Source: Octopus sinensis
Taxonomy: Eukaryota
Assembly: GCF_006345805.1 (NCBI RefSeq)
Contig: NC_043006.1
Location: 103,416,001-103,480,000 of the forward strand
Direction of reading: 5' to 3'
Length of the DNA: 64,000 nucleotides
Shown: piece after piece, positions 1-11,169 of the stretch
Layout: each line of letters begins with the position of its first letter
How positions within the stretch are numbered: the first letter of the stretch is position 1
Program-made: the position numbers and the translations under genes
Notes under the pieces: generated by a model
Databases searched by the model: none
What the model was told of the DNA's origin: nothing
Seen by the model: the letters and a program-made list of their open reading frames with translations, nothing else

Positions 1-183
1 TGTTAGGATTGACTGAATCGTTGGTGTGACGAACCCAATGGCTTGTGGTATATTTTTCTGCTTTTTCAAATGCCACAGGGTCAAACTTTCGCATCTTTAT
101 TTCGAGATATATTAAGAAACTGCGGGTCGCTCTTCTCGACAAACCCAACCTACAACATTGCTGGCCTTGTGCCAAACTTAGTT

Positions 184-282
184 GTAATGATGATGATGAT
201 GATGATGAAGATGATGATGATGATGATAATAATAATAATAATTATAATAATAATAGTAATAATCATAATAATAATAATACTA
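184..282. repeat. (GAT)n/(AAT)n compound microsatellite
   Basis: Visible trinucleotide runs; they account for the poly-M/I/D/N ORFs. Confidence 0.95.
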
Positions 283-649
283 ATGGCCGAACATTCAAAA
301 GACATGTTTCACCTTTAAAAGATTTCTCAACCAGAATTAGCGTGGCATTGTCTAACACAGTTGTAATTCTATAATTAAATGTACTATCCACCCTTCGGGT
401 TTCAATACAGTTTCCGTCTACTCTATTTCACTCACAAGTATTGGTCAACCCTAGGTTACAGGAATCGAGATTTGGCCAAGACCATTCTGTGGTCTTGGTG
501 AAATCTCAATTTCTGTATAACAATACGCATACCCGAGGCATAGAGACCTGTTCTTGATAATTTCTGTTGTTTAGTTATCAGGGAAGACTGAACCTATGAC
601 CCTTTACAGAGTTTATGAAACCGAGAGAAAGATGGAGTAATCTGTGTGT

Positions 650-1420
650 TGCTGTTCACTTTCCTTCCTCTTCTTTTTTCTTGGAAAGCGCACAGATCAT
701 AGTACGAAATTCAGTGGTTTTAGTAGCTGTTGCTGCAAATGAATTGTTGTTGTTGTTGTTGAAGTTCTTATTGTTTTACACATTGGAATTATTGTTACCA
801 TTTCTGTTGCTGAGACTATTGTTGTTGTTCTTATTTGCCTTCTACAATAATGTTTACTGTTGCAGCGGTGGTAGTGATGGAGTTGGTGGTTGCCATGTTC
901 ATGGTCTTATTGTTGTTGCTGTTGCTGTTGAGCGAAGCGGTCTTCGTCCCAGAGCTCGCAAGATCGCGCCTCTGTAGTGAGAGAAGTCCGAAACATGGTC
1001 CTTTGCTATTCGTAAGACCCGCAGAAGAGAAAGCAGGTCAACCCCCGACACCGAGAGCATCGACGGATGGATGAATGCGCATCCAGGCTCTCAGCGGTTG
1101 CGTAGGAAGTCGGGATGATGTTGCTGTTGGTTGATGTCTGTGGTATTCTTTCTTTCAGTTGAGGGGAGTCAATTTAGTAGCTGAAATTAATTTCCTGTTG
1201 TTGCTGTTCCTGCTGTTGTTAGTCATCATAGTGGTAATTTGGTCTACTAGATTTTGAACTTGGTAAGTGTCATCTTCCCTTCCATTTGAGGGTTCAGGAC
1301 AGAGGACGCTGACGAATGTAGTAACTTACTAACAGAGCTACCTCTGATTTTCTCCTCCATGTCACTGACAAGAGAGGACAACACCATGTTTGTTCTTCAG
1401 ATTAATTTTCCCAAAACAAA
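650..1420 (-). pseudogene. Decayed ORF with Asn/Thr-rich low-complexity segments (possible retroelement ORF1 remnant)
   Basis: The minus strand gives long codon-like stretches (e.g. DDTYQVQNLVDQITTMMTNNSRNSNN; SSGTKTASLNSNSNNNKTMNM) broken by TGA stops and frameshifts. No recognisable domain. Confidence 0.25.
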
Positions 1421-1946
1421 GTGAAAATTCTTCTTTTAGTTCATCGTCTGGAATAACTGAAATTCACTGGGGTAATTAATCCTATTCCGTCTTCTTTTGT
1501 GACGTTTACAGTTAAGTTATTTGCCATCAATTCACTGTGAAGAAAGTTCTCTGTGAGGAAATTTTATCGAGAAAATATATCCATAGTATCTCACCATAAA
1601 TAGTTAAAAACTATTTTATTAAAAGAAAAACAAAAACAGTGAATTGACGACGGTGAACTTACCGCACGTGTTCTGCGATATACAAATCTTACTATAGTTC
1701 TAATCTGTTGCAGTTCAACTTCCTCCCTCTCATCTTTTCTAGGAAAGCACAAGAGACTTCCGGGTATCTTGTGAGAAGATTAGTACAATCTGAACAAAGG
1801 AGTCAGTTTGATCTCTGCTAGTCTCAGAAATCTTCAGATCGTCCAAGAAGAATAAGTGGATGTTGTTCTTGTTGCTGTCATTTCTGCTAATTTTGTTGTT
1901 GTTCTTGTTATCATCATCATCATCATCACCACCATCATCATCATCG

Positions 1947-2013
<67 letters not shown>

Positions 2014-2023
2014 CATCATTATT

Positions 2024-2674
2024 GAGTGAGAGAGTAGTTCATGCCATCAAAGTGACACTGGGGTAAAATATACGAAGCCCAATATACCCATCTGTTAGTA
2101 AGTTACTACATTCGTCAGCGTCCTCTGTCCTGAACCCTCAAATGGAAGGGAAGATGACACTTACCAAGTTCAAAGTCTAGTAGACCAAATTACCACTATG
2201 ATGACTAACAGTCTGATAAGGGTACACGATGCACATGCATCACAACCATATGTGCGCGACATGGTGATCTCATAAAAAGATAGACAGCGCGTGACCTTGC
2301 AGGTGGTGCCCAGTTAGAATTTTCTTCTGGTTGAGTAGCCCATCCCGCTCAAAAGGTCCCTGAATAAGGGTTGTTTAAGGATCTTGAAAGAACCACCCAT
2401 GTTTCCAGAGGGGAATTATTCAAACCCCAAAGAATCCCTCTCAACACATGGCTATGATGTTCCCCACTACTTCTGCTCATGATCAGAGATGAACATATCG
2501 TCAGCCAATAAGGGACATGCTCAACTGGTTACGGTCAAACAACTGACAAGCAAATCTGTGGTATTGAACAGAATATTTGCTGTAGGCCATCTTTTATACC
2601 AAGACAAAACAATGTACATGATAACACTTCCAATCAGTTAAGATCAGTACCACTGCCTGGTACTGCATCAGGGC

Positions 2675-2676
<2 letters not shown>
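2024..2676 (-). mobile_element. ~555-bp (TAA)n-flanked non-coding element, copy 1 (carries a 120-bp templated insert)
   Basis: Same sequence and ends as 4087-4643, 35184-35739 and 57917-58471; (TAT)n on both sides. Confidence 0.9.
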
Positions 2677-2727
<51 letters not shown>

Positions 2728-2777
2728 TATTATTATCATCATCATCATCATCGTCATCCTCCTCCTCCTCATCGTCA

Positions 2778-3087
2778 TTCAGTAGTCTTATTTTTATCAC
2801 GTGATTTCACTGTACTACCGAACGCAGCTCTGTGTGCCTTGGGTATGTGCTGTGGTTTGTTGTGATGCGCTTATTTTTACTGTATTGAAAGTGTTTTTGT
2901 TGTGTATTTGCCTACATATTTTTTATCATACCTAATGTACCTATTATGATAAGAATTGTTTCCTTTTTTAGATTCCACATTGGAGTTACCTCTATTTCCA
3001 GGTCTCTGTATTTTGAAAGTTTCTCCATTCCTTTTTGAGAAATATTGTCATCTGTTGGTACTGATACATTGATTAAAAAGCAATTTC
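2778..3087 (-). mobile_element. R4/Dong-like non-LTR retrotransposon 3' fragment (family 1, internally deleted)
   Basis: Reverse complement matches the ORF end and 3' UTR of 63219-63705; embedded in (TAT)n. Confidence 0.85.
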
Positions 3088-3145
<58 letters not shown>

Positions 3146-3187
3146 ATTATTATTATTATTATATTATTATTATTATTATTATTATTA

Positions 3188-4027
3188 TGTTTTTTCCTTC
3201 TTTCTTCAAATTTTCTTTCGTTCCTCGCCGAGTATTTTCCATACACCTAGGGCAGAGAAGCTCATTGTATGCATTCCCAGATTACACACGCAAATTCACA
3301 GATAAAACATGTATTTAAAAATAAATAAATAAATAAAGTTATGGATGGATGTTGTTTTCACAGCGACAATGCTCTTCTCAGTACTTGAGCCGTTCCAGTT
3401 AATACGATTTTTTGCACTTCCTGTACAGATGGTAAGCCTGGAATCATTTTCAAATAGGTTTCAGTACTTTTTTTATCATTCCTAGAGATCCTACAATCAC
3501 TGGTACTGTAGTCGCCTTGAGATGCCACAGTTTTTCAATTTCTATTAGCAGGTCTTTATATTTACTAATCTTGTCAAATTCTTTCGCCGCTATATTGTCA
3601 ATTCATAAACACATCTTTTTTGTCTGATCTTTTATAATAATATCCGGTTTATTAGCTTTTATAGTCTTGTCAGTCTGCACAGGGAAGTCCCATAGAATCG
3701 ACACATTTTCTCCCTCAGTCACAGCTTCAGGATGGTGTTTATACCATTTGTCAGCGGTTTTGATTTTATAATACCGACTTATTGTCCAGTGTAAATACTG
3801 GCCAACTCTGTCATGTCTTGCTTTATATTCTGCAGGTGCTAAGACTCTACACCCTGAGATCAGGTAGTCTATTGTTTCAATCTCATCGTTACAGAATCGG
3901 CATTTTGAGTCAGCTCCATTTTCTATCACATTGGCTTGGTAGTTCCGGGGTAATAAGCTTTGGTCTTGAGCAGCTAATATGAAACCTTCACTCTCTGCTT
4001 TTAGCCCTGAGCTTCGTAACCATTGGT
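3188..4027 (-). mobile_element. R4/Dong-like non-LTR retrotransposon 3' fragment (family 2): CCHC zinc knuckle plus restriction-like endonuclease
   Basis: ORF 3603-3929: CRFCNDEIETIDYLISGC..HDRVGQYLHW..ILWDFPVQTDKTIKANKPDIIIKD, the typical C-terminus of RLE-type LINEs. Stop at ~3358; flanked by (TAT)n. Confidence 0.9.
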
Positions 4028-4049
4028 ATTATTATTATTATTATTATTA

Positions 4050-4086
<37 letters not shown>

Positions 4087-4641
4087 GAGTGGGAGAGCAG
4101 TGCATGACATCAAAGTGACTCTGGGGTCCAAATATCCAAAGCCAAGTATGTCCATCATGACTACCCATCTGATAAGGATATACCAGGCACATGTATCACA
4201 ACCATATGTGTGTGACATGGAGATCTCATATCAAGATAAACAGCGCGTGACCTTGGAGGTGGGGCCCAGTTAGCATTTTTTCAGGTCGAGTAGCCCTCTC
4301 TGCTCAAAAGGTCCCCGAATAAGGTTTGTTTTAAAGATGATGAACAAAACACCCATGTTTCCAGAGGTGAATAATTCAAACCCCCAAAAATCCCTCTCAA
4401 AACATGGCTATAATGCTCTCCCACTACTTCTGCTTGTGATCAGAGATGAACATATCGTCAGCCAATAAGGGACATGCTCAACTGGTTAAGGTCAAACAAC
4501 TGACAAGCAAATCTGTGGTATTGAATAGAATATTTGCTGTAGCCCATCTTTTATACCAAGACAAAACAATGTACATGATAACACTTCCAATCAGTTAAGA
4601 TCAGAAGCCATGAGAGCTACTGCCTGGTACTGCATCGGGGC

Positions 4642-4643
<2 letters not shown>
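4087..4643 (-). mobile_element. ~555-bp (TAA)n-flanked element, copy 2
   Basis: Homologous to copies 1, 3 and 4 with the same termini. Confidence 0.9.
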
Positions 4644-4692
<49 letters not shown>

Positions 4693-4784
4693 CATTAATG
4701 GTAGTAGTAGTACTTGTAGTAGTAGTAGTAGTTGTAGTAGTAGTAGTAGTAGTAGTAGTTGTTGTAGTAGTAGTACTTGTAGTT

Positions 4785-4829
<45 letters not shown>

Positions 4830-4866
4830 TTTGTTGTTGTAGTAGTAGTAGTAACAGTAGTAGTTA
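4644..4866. repeat. (TAT)n-(TAG)n microsatellite
   Basis: Direct inspection. Confidence 0.95.
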
Positions 4867-4965
4867 TTTATCTGTTAGAATATATGATATATTTGTCATA
4901 AGGGCAATCGGAGTAGAAAATAGAATAAGAGAGTTATGACATTCCATCCTCATCTGGCACAAAGA

Positions 4966-5006
<41 letters not shown>

Positions 5007-5265
5007 AGAGAGGCACACAATATATAAATACATATACACATACGTATGTGTATGTGTGCGTGGGTGTGTGTGTCTATACATAAAGTGATATTAATTACGA
5101 CTGAAGATAACGAAGAACTAAAATAGATTAACTGTGTAATGAAATTATGTTTGCGAAAATGTGTGAAAGACCAGTGGGGAGACATTGGATGAAAGTGTCA
5201 CTTCAGCAACACCGGACGAAAACGTGAATTCAACGGCTTTTGTTGAAATGTTACTTCATAGTAAC

Positions 5266-5606
5266 TTGCGGTGGTTTGGCCCTGCATGTAGGCGTCCGGT
5301 GGGTGAACTGAGCCGTGATGTCCTTCTTCCAGCTCCACTTCCCAACTGGCAGAAACGCGCGGGCGGGAAGCTGAAGACCTGAGCTACGACGATCAAGGAG
5401 GACTTCTCCGTGCTCACGGGTTTGCAGGTGGTCGGCCTGCGCCGATAGAACCGTGACTAGCTCGCTATCTCTAGTGAACTGGCGCAGGACCGTCGTGCGT
5501 GGGCTGCCACTGCATCAGGTTTCAGATGCCTCGAGGGTGGTAGAAGGAGCCGACTCAACCTGCTCAGGGTGAATGTCACCACAAGTACAAGTACAAGTAA
5601 GTAAGT
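5266..5606 (+). mobile_element. RTE-clade LINE 3' fragment
   Basis: Degenerate LRWFG..CRRP..GGKLKT*ATTIKED..LAQDRRAWAA motif typical of the RTE ORF2 end, followed by a (CAAGTA)n tail. Confidence 0.8.
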
Positions 5607-5764
5607 GTTACTTCAGTGGCTTTTAGTAAAATTTTACCGCAGTGATACTTCATAAACTGCTAGCTGGAGGGGTTTTGTTAATACGGCAAACATATTGAAA
5701 TAAAGAATCATGAGGAAAGAGAGAAATAATGAAGTATGCAAATTTCATATTTATTGACGAAAGG

Positions 5765-6084
5765 ATACACGCACGCACGCACACACACATACACATATAT
5801 ACATTCATACATGCAAACATGCATAAATGCATATATATATACATACATTCATACATGCATGCAAACATGCATATTTACATATACATACACACATACATAC
5901 ATACATACATACATACATACATAAATATATATATATGTATGTATATATCTATTTATATATGTTTGTATGTATGTATGTATGTATGTATGTCTGTATGTAC
6001 GTATATATATATATATATTATATATACATACATATACACACACACATATATATATACATACATACATACATACATACATACATG

Positions 6085-6139
<55 letters not shown>

Positions 6140-6155
6140 ATATATGTATGTATGT
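5765..6155. repeat. (CA)n/(TACA)n/(TA)n compound microsatellite
   Basis: Direct inspection; source of the YI/HT/VC ORFs. Confidence 0.95.
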
Positions 6156-6567
6156 CCAGAAACAACACCCTCCGGGTGGTTTTCTGTGAGTTGCTGAATA
6201 ATATTTACACATCTGATTCCCAATTTCTCTGTTTTCTCTCATATGTTGCATCTAATTTCCTTTTGTATCCTGTATTTGTTTAACAACAATCCTTCGCTCA
6301 ACAAATAGATTTAGAATAACAGCAAGCATTCAAGACTGTTAGAATATATGAAGAAATCAGATGCAATGTTGACTTAGTCACGTAAACCTCCTCAGTATGT
6401 TGTGTATATACACATGAGAAGATATTGAAATTTTACATGACAGTGAGCTGAATATTGAATTGTACATGTAGTAAAATATTATATTCAAAAACTTGCTGAA
6501 GGTTCAAATGCATCTGATTGTGTAACTGATTATTTGCACTGCAATACTTTTCCGTCGATATATATAT

Positions 6568-6855
6568 ATGCTAACTAGTGCGTCGTTTAGTGCTTTTCCG
6601 GTAGCGAGGCGGCGCCGAAGCCGTGGTCGGTAGCATTGCGCGCGGCCCGGTTTGCGGTTGCCTCGGCTCTCCTTCGCGTCCGGCTGCCGCCCCCTCGTAG
6701 GGCGGTTGCGGCATGGTTGCGGCGTCGGTTGCGGAGCGGTGACAGTGACCCGGTCGGCTCGGCCCGCGCGGCCCCGGGAGCCGCACGCCATCGCATCCGG
6801 GCAAGTCGGTTGGTGAACGCAAGGCGGTACGACAACAGGTCTGTGATGCCCTTAA
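6568..6855 (+). pseudogene. Orphan 18S rRNA fragment (V7 region, GC-rich expansion)
   Basis: Begins with TGCTAACTAGT and ends with AACAGGTCTGTGATGCCCTTA, two conserved eukaryotic 18S motifs in the correct order. A GC-rich island in AT-rich flanks. Confidence 0.7.
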
Positions 6856-7104
6856 GCCTTGATTAATGTTATTTTCTTTCCTCACAGACTAATAACAGGT
6901 AAGGTATATATATATTTTAAAAAAATATGTTTAAATAATCTATAATTAATTCTAATGCACTTTATTCTTATTGTATGTTATAGTAAGCTTTAAAATGCAT
7001 ATATGATTTGATCAGTATTTTGGATATAATTTTCTCTGTGTACTCCAATAAATAAGGTTGTTCTGAAATTGATGTTGTGGTCCTATTGGTAAAATCCCAA
7101 ATTT

Positions 7105-7166
<62 letters not shown>

Positions 7167-7205
7167 CATAATAATAATATATATATATATATATGCGTTT
7201 TTGTT

Positions 7206-7247
<42 letters not shown>

Positions 7248-7793
7248 GGAACAAAAACGCATTGGAGGGCATTAGATCTTTCGGGTAGATAGACGATACA
7301 TGGGCGGGCAAGAGAAACACCAATGAGAAGGACAGGCAAAAGAAGACGGGTCATTCTTGGCTTTCTTTCATAAGTCAAGTCCCAGACCATTTCGGGCAGA
7401 TATACTTGAAATGGTTCGACCTGGTTGCCCGCAAAAATGTCTAAGCTAAAATCATTAGATCCCTTTGTAAGAAAGCTAGCAAATGTGTACGGCAACGAAG
7501 ACGACAAAGAAGCAAAAAAACAGAGAACATGGTACAGAATTACGAATACAAACAAGAAATATCAACAGCCGTCTTTCGACTGAGAACGAATCAAATTGAG
7601 CTGGCGTGTATGAAGTGAAAGCCTAAAGGCAGGAACATGGGAGATGGACACAAGAAATGTAGACCAAGAAAGATTACGTCTGGTCTGACACCGGTCGCGT
7701 GGGAGGAGGAGAGACAGGTAAGGGACAGCAGGATTGAAGGATTAGAAAAACGTATGTATATGTACATATATATATATATACATACACACACAC

Positions 7794-7893
<100 letters not shown>

Positions 7894-8097
7894 CACTGCA
7901 ATTCTCCTCATCTACACACTAGCATTCCACCCGGATTACTATTGGATATACATATGGATTTCCCTGGATTCTTTCGTTGATGAAAAATCGCTCCAATACA
8001 CCACGACGTTTGAACCTTTTTGAATTTTTTTTAATCTTCTGCCTTTTCTTAAATGGCTTTTTATTACTCTGTTTTTTCTGTTTATTTCTTCGTGTTA

Positions 8098-8133
8098 CTT
8101 TCTGTTGAAGAGTGTAGGCTCGAAACGTAAAAG
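8098..8133 (+). ncRNA. Minimal hammerhead-ribozyme-like motif (variant core CUGUUGA)
   Basis: CTTT-CTGTTGA-A-GAGT GTAG GCTC-GAAAC-GTA-AAAG: stem I CTTT/AAAG, stem II GAGT/GCTC, palindromic ACGT stem III. A6 is replaced by U. Confidence 0.45.
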
Positions 8134-8263
8134 ACTTTCTCACCTTCCGGAGCGTTAAACTAATACACGTGTCTGTTGTTTATATACCTTTCTTCGTCCT
8201 TTGTTTTTCTATAAATTTCAACTATGTACATGCATACGTACATACATGCATACATACATACAT

Positions 8264-8322
<59 letters not shown>

Positions 8323-10100
8323 CATATATGTGTGTGCGTGTGTGAGTGTGTGTGAGGTGAGTGTGTGTGTGACAGTGTGTGTGAGGTGAGTGAGTATGTG
8401 TGTTATTTAAAACAGATTGATTCGGCTCTAGCGTCTTAAATTATCACTGGCCTCTAACTGGAGCACGTCTCTTTCAGGTTTTAGATTACCGAACGGAGAA
8501 ATACAGGAAGTCGAAGATGGTTACCGGAAAATAGGGTGCTACTGGTCAAGACAGGTCACTTGGTATTGTAAGGGTACCATTAGTTGCACAACGATGCTAT
8601 TAATGACCAACATAGACACACGACTACAGATGTACAGAGATAGGACATGATATTTTTTTAATTCTTGATCATCATATAAACTTCCATAACACGAACAGTG
8701 CAGATCTAATTAAATAAATTAATTATGGGATACATATAGCAGTAGTCCTTATGTGCTATAACATCTCCAATAATGGTTATTTTATAAACATTCTGCGCAA
8801 TAATCAAATATTTTGGTTAAAAGAAAATGAGACAATTTTACATTTGGTACAGTAAATGAAAACCAATTTTCTTCAGTTTTCTATTTCTTCAAAAATACGC
8901 AAGAAATAGAAAAGTAAAATGGAATGAAAAAAATTTTTGGGACGCTGTCATGAACTCGCAATTTGTAGAAAGAATTTTATTGATATTTCCGTAGAAAATA
9001 GCGACAAGAAGTGCCTGAGAAAGAGAGAGAAAATAGAGAGAGAACTCTGTGTTAGAAATTCTGTCCCGTTGGGAATTAAAATTAGTTTTCTGTAGTTCAA
9101 ACCCTCGATAATAAAAAGACTTTCATCACCACATTTGCAAAAAATATATATTAAAATTAGAATTTATAAGAACATTTTAGTCAAATTAATAATTTCTTTC
9201 TTCTAGTTACACACTCACAACTAATTAATAAGTAGCTTTATTTATAATAATAGATACGCCGCTCGCGAAAACACCCACGCACACAAGCACATACACATTT
9301 GTATATTTTCTTTGCCACGCAATCTAATTCCTGCATCATTAAAACATTCAGTGTTAACAAAGAAATTATTATTTCTTTCAGATAGTATGCTTCGTACCTT
9401 TCTTTACTGACGATCTGCAATCGAAACCACCTTTCATCCTTTTAAGTAGCATTCAAAGAAAGTGGATTGCTGATATTGTAAGAATGATAGACCAGATGCC
9501 ACCGTTGCCTCTTTCATAGATATTTTAACACGTTGTCCGGCTAAACACCGCTACCTGACATCTTAGGCACTGTTATCAATGTCCACTTAGTTGTAAATTC
9601 GGATCCAGGCTATGATTTGAACGCAGATTACTCCATCTTTCTCTCGGTTTCATAAATTCTGTAAAGGGACATAGGTTCAGTCTTCCCTGCTAACTGAATA
9701 ACAGAAATTATCAAGAACAGGTCTCTATGCCTCGGATAGGAGTATTGTTATACAGAAATTGAGATTTCACCAAGACCACAGAATGGTCTTGGCCAAATCT
9801 CGATTCCTGTAACCTAGGGTTGACCAATACTTGTGAGTGAAATAGAGTAGACGGAAACTGTATTGAAACCCGGAGTGTAGATAGTACCTTTAATTATAGA
9901 ATTACAACTGTGTTAGACAATGTCACGCTAATTCCGGTTGAGAAATCTTTTAAAGGTGAAACATGTCTTTTGAATGTTCGGCCAGAAAAACGGCAATTCA
10001 GTAGCAGTTACCTATTTAATGTTTCTCATTAAAACTAAGGTAAATACATCACCACCAATACCATCACTGCCACCGCCACGACCACAACCAGCGTCACCCC

Positions 10101-10350
10101 CTCGAGCCATGCCTGGCTCGTAAGGGCCGGTTTCCCGGCTTCCTTGGTGTATAGGTTCCCCACCTGGTCGAGATGCCAGTCCGTCGTAGGTTAGCTGCAA
10201 GATGCAGGAGGAAAGAGTGAGAGAAAGTTGTGGCGAAAGAGTCAGCAGGAGTTCGCCATTACCCTCTGCCGGAGCCGCGGTCTGAGATTCGAACCCGCGA
10301 TCCCTCGACCTCGAGTCCGTTGCTCTAACCACTAGGCCATGTGCCTCCAC
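10101..10350 (-). mobile_element. tRNA-derived SINE
   Basis: Minus-strand head GGAGGCACATGGCCTAGTGGTTAGAGC...GGTTCGAATC (A and B boxes); body shared with 19003-19300. Confidence 0.85.
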
Positions 10351-10471
10351 GCATGTATATTAGTCCTTAAAAATGTCCTTCATTTGACTATCTTGTGCTC
10401 TGTTTAGTTAATTTATATATAAGTAAAGCTAAGACAGTGATTCAGCCATTTTTCTTATCGCTTTCTTTATT

Positions 10472-10890
10472 GGATCTTTTCGGTTTGAACGGCAGTTTTT
10501 TCTAGCGGTGTCATATGAAATTGTCACACACAATTATGACCCTAGAATCGATCTATTGCATCTCAATCTCTTTTAGGGTTAGGGTTAGGGGTGGGGGAAG
10601 GGTATCTTTTTTTCTTCACAAATGTAAATAAACCCAATCTGTTTCTTAAACGAGGGACATATTCATAAGGCACAGAATGTTTTTTTTACTTCAATAGACG
10701 TCAGTGATTGGTTGAAATTGCAGAAATTGAAGAAAAAAAAAACAACAAATATCTTACAATGTATAGAATTCTCTCAATAAAGCCAAGAGAAAAAGATGTT
10801 TTATATACACATTCTACCAGTATACGAAGTTTAAAATTTTTAGTTACCTAGAAATTATATTAAAAACTGCCGTTCAAACCGAAAAGATCC
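10472..10890. mobile_element. MITE, copy 1 (TIR GGATCTTTTCGGTTTGAACGGCAGTTTTT; 8-bp TSD)
   Basis: TIRs at both ends; flanks TCTTTATT/TCTTTATC; near-identical to 16019-16457. Confidence 0.9.
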
Positions 10891-11169
10891 TCTTTATCTA
10901 ACAAAGTATTAGAGTTTTCTGTATTTTCTTTTTTATTTGCTTTCACGACTTTCTGAAGGTTATCATTTGCGGTGCACATCTTGTAAGTTTCCATGTAAAA
11001 AGAAATGATGGTTTCGTAGTCGTTCTATAGACAATTTTATATCGCAACAGCCTGGTTTAGCATTTTGTTAAATGACTCCAATGCCAAAGAGAAAGATAGA
11101 AGGGAAATTCATTGCAATAATTTTTCTATTAAGAATAGGCTTTGTATATTTAATTCTCTCCTTTATTTA

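Noticed and set aside
5729-6283. Many ORFs of YI/HT/VC/poly-I/poly-M/poly-N type here and throughout the window
   Set aside because: They are translations of di-, tri- and tetranucleotide microsatellites.
6504-6885. Four overlapping Arg/Ala/Pro-rich ORFs; possible CpG-island promoter
   Set aside because: The GC-rich block is bounded by 18S rRNA motifs; open frames follow from its GC content.
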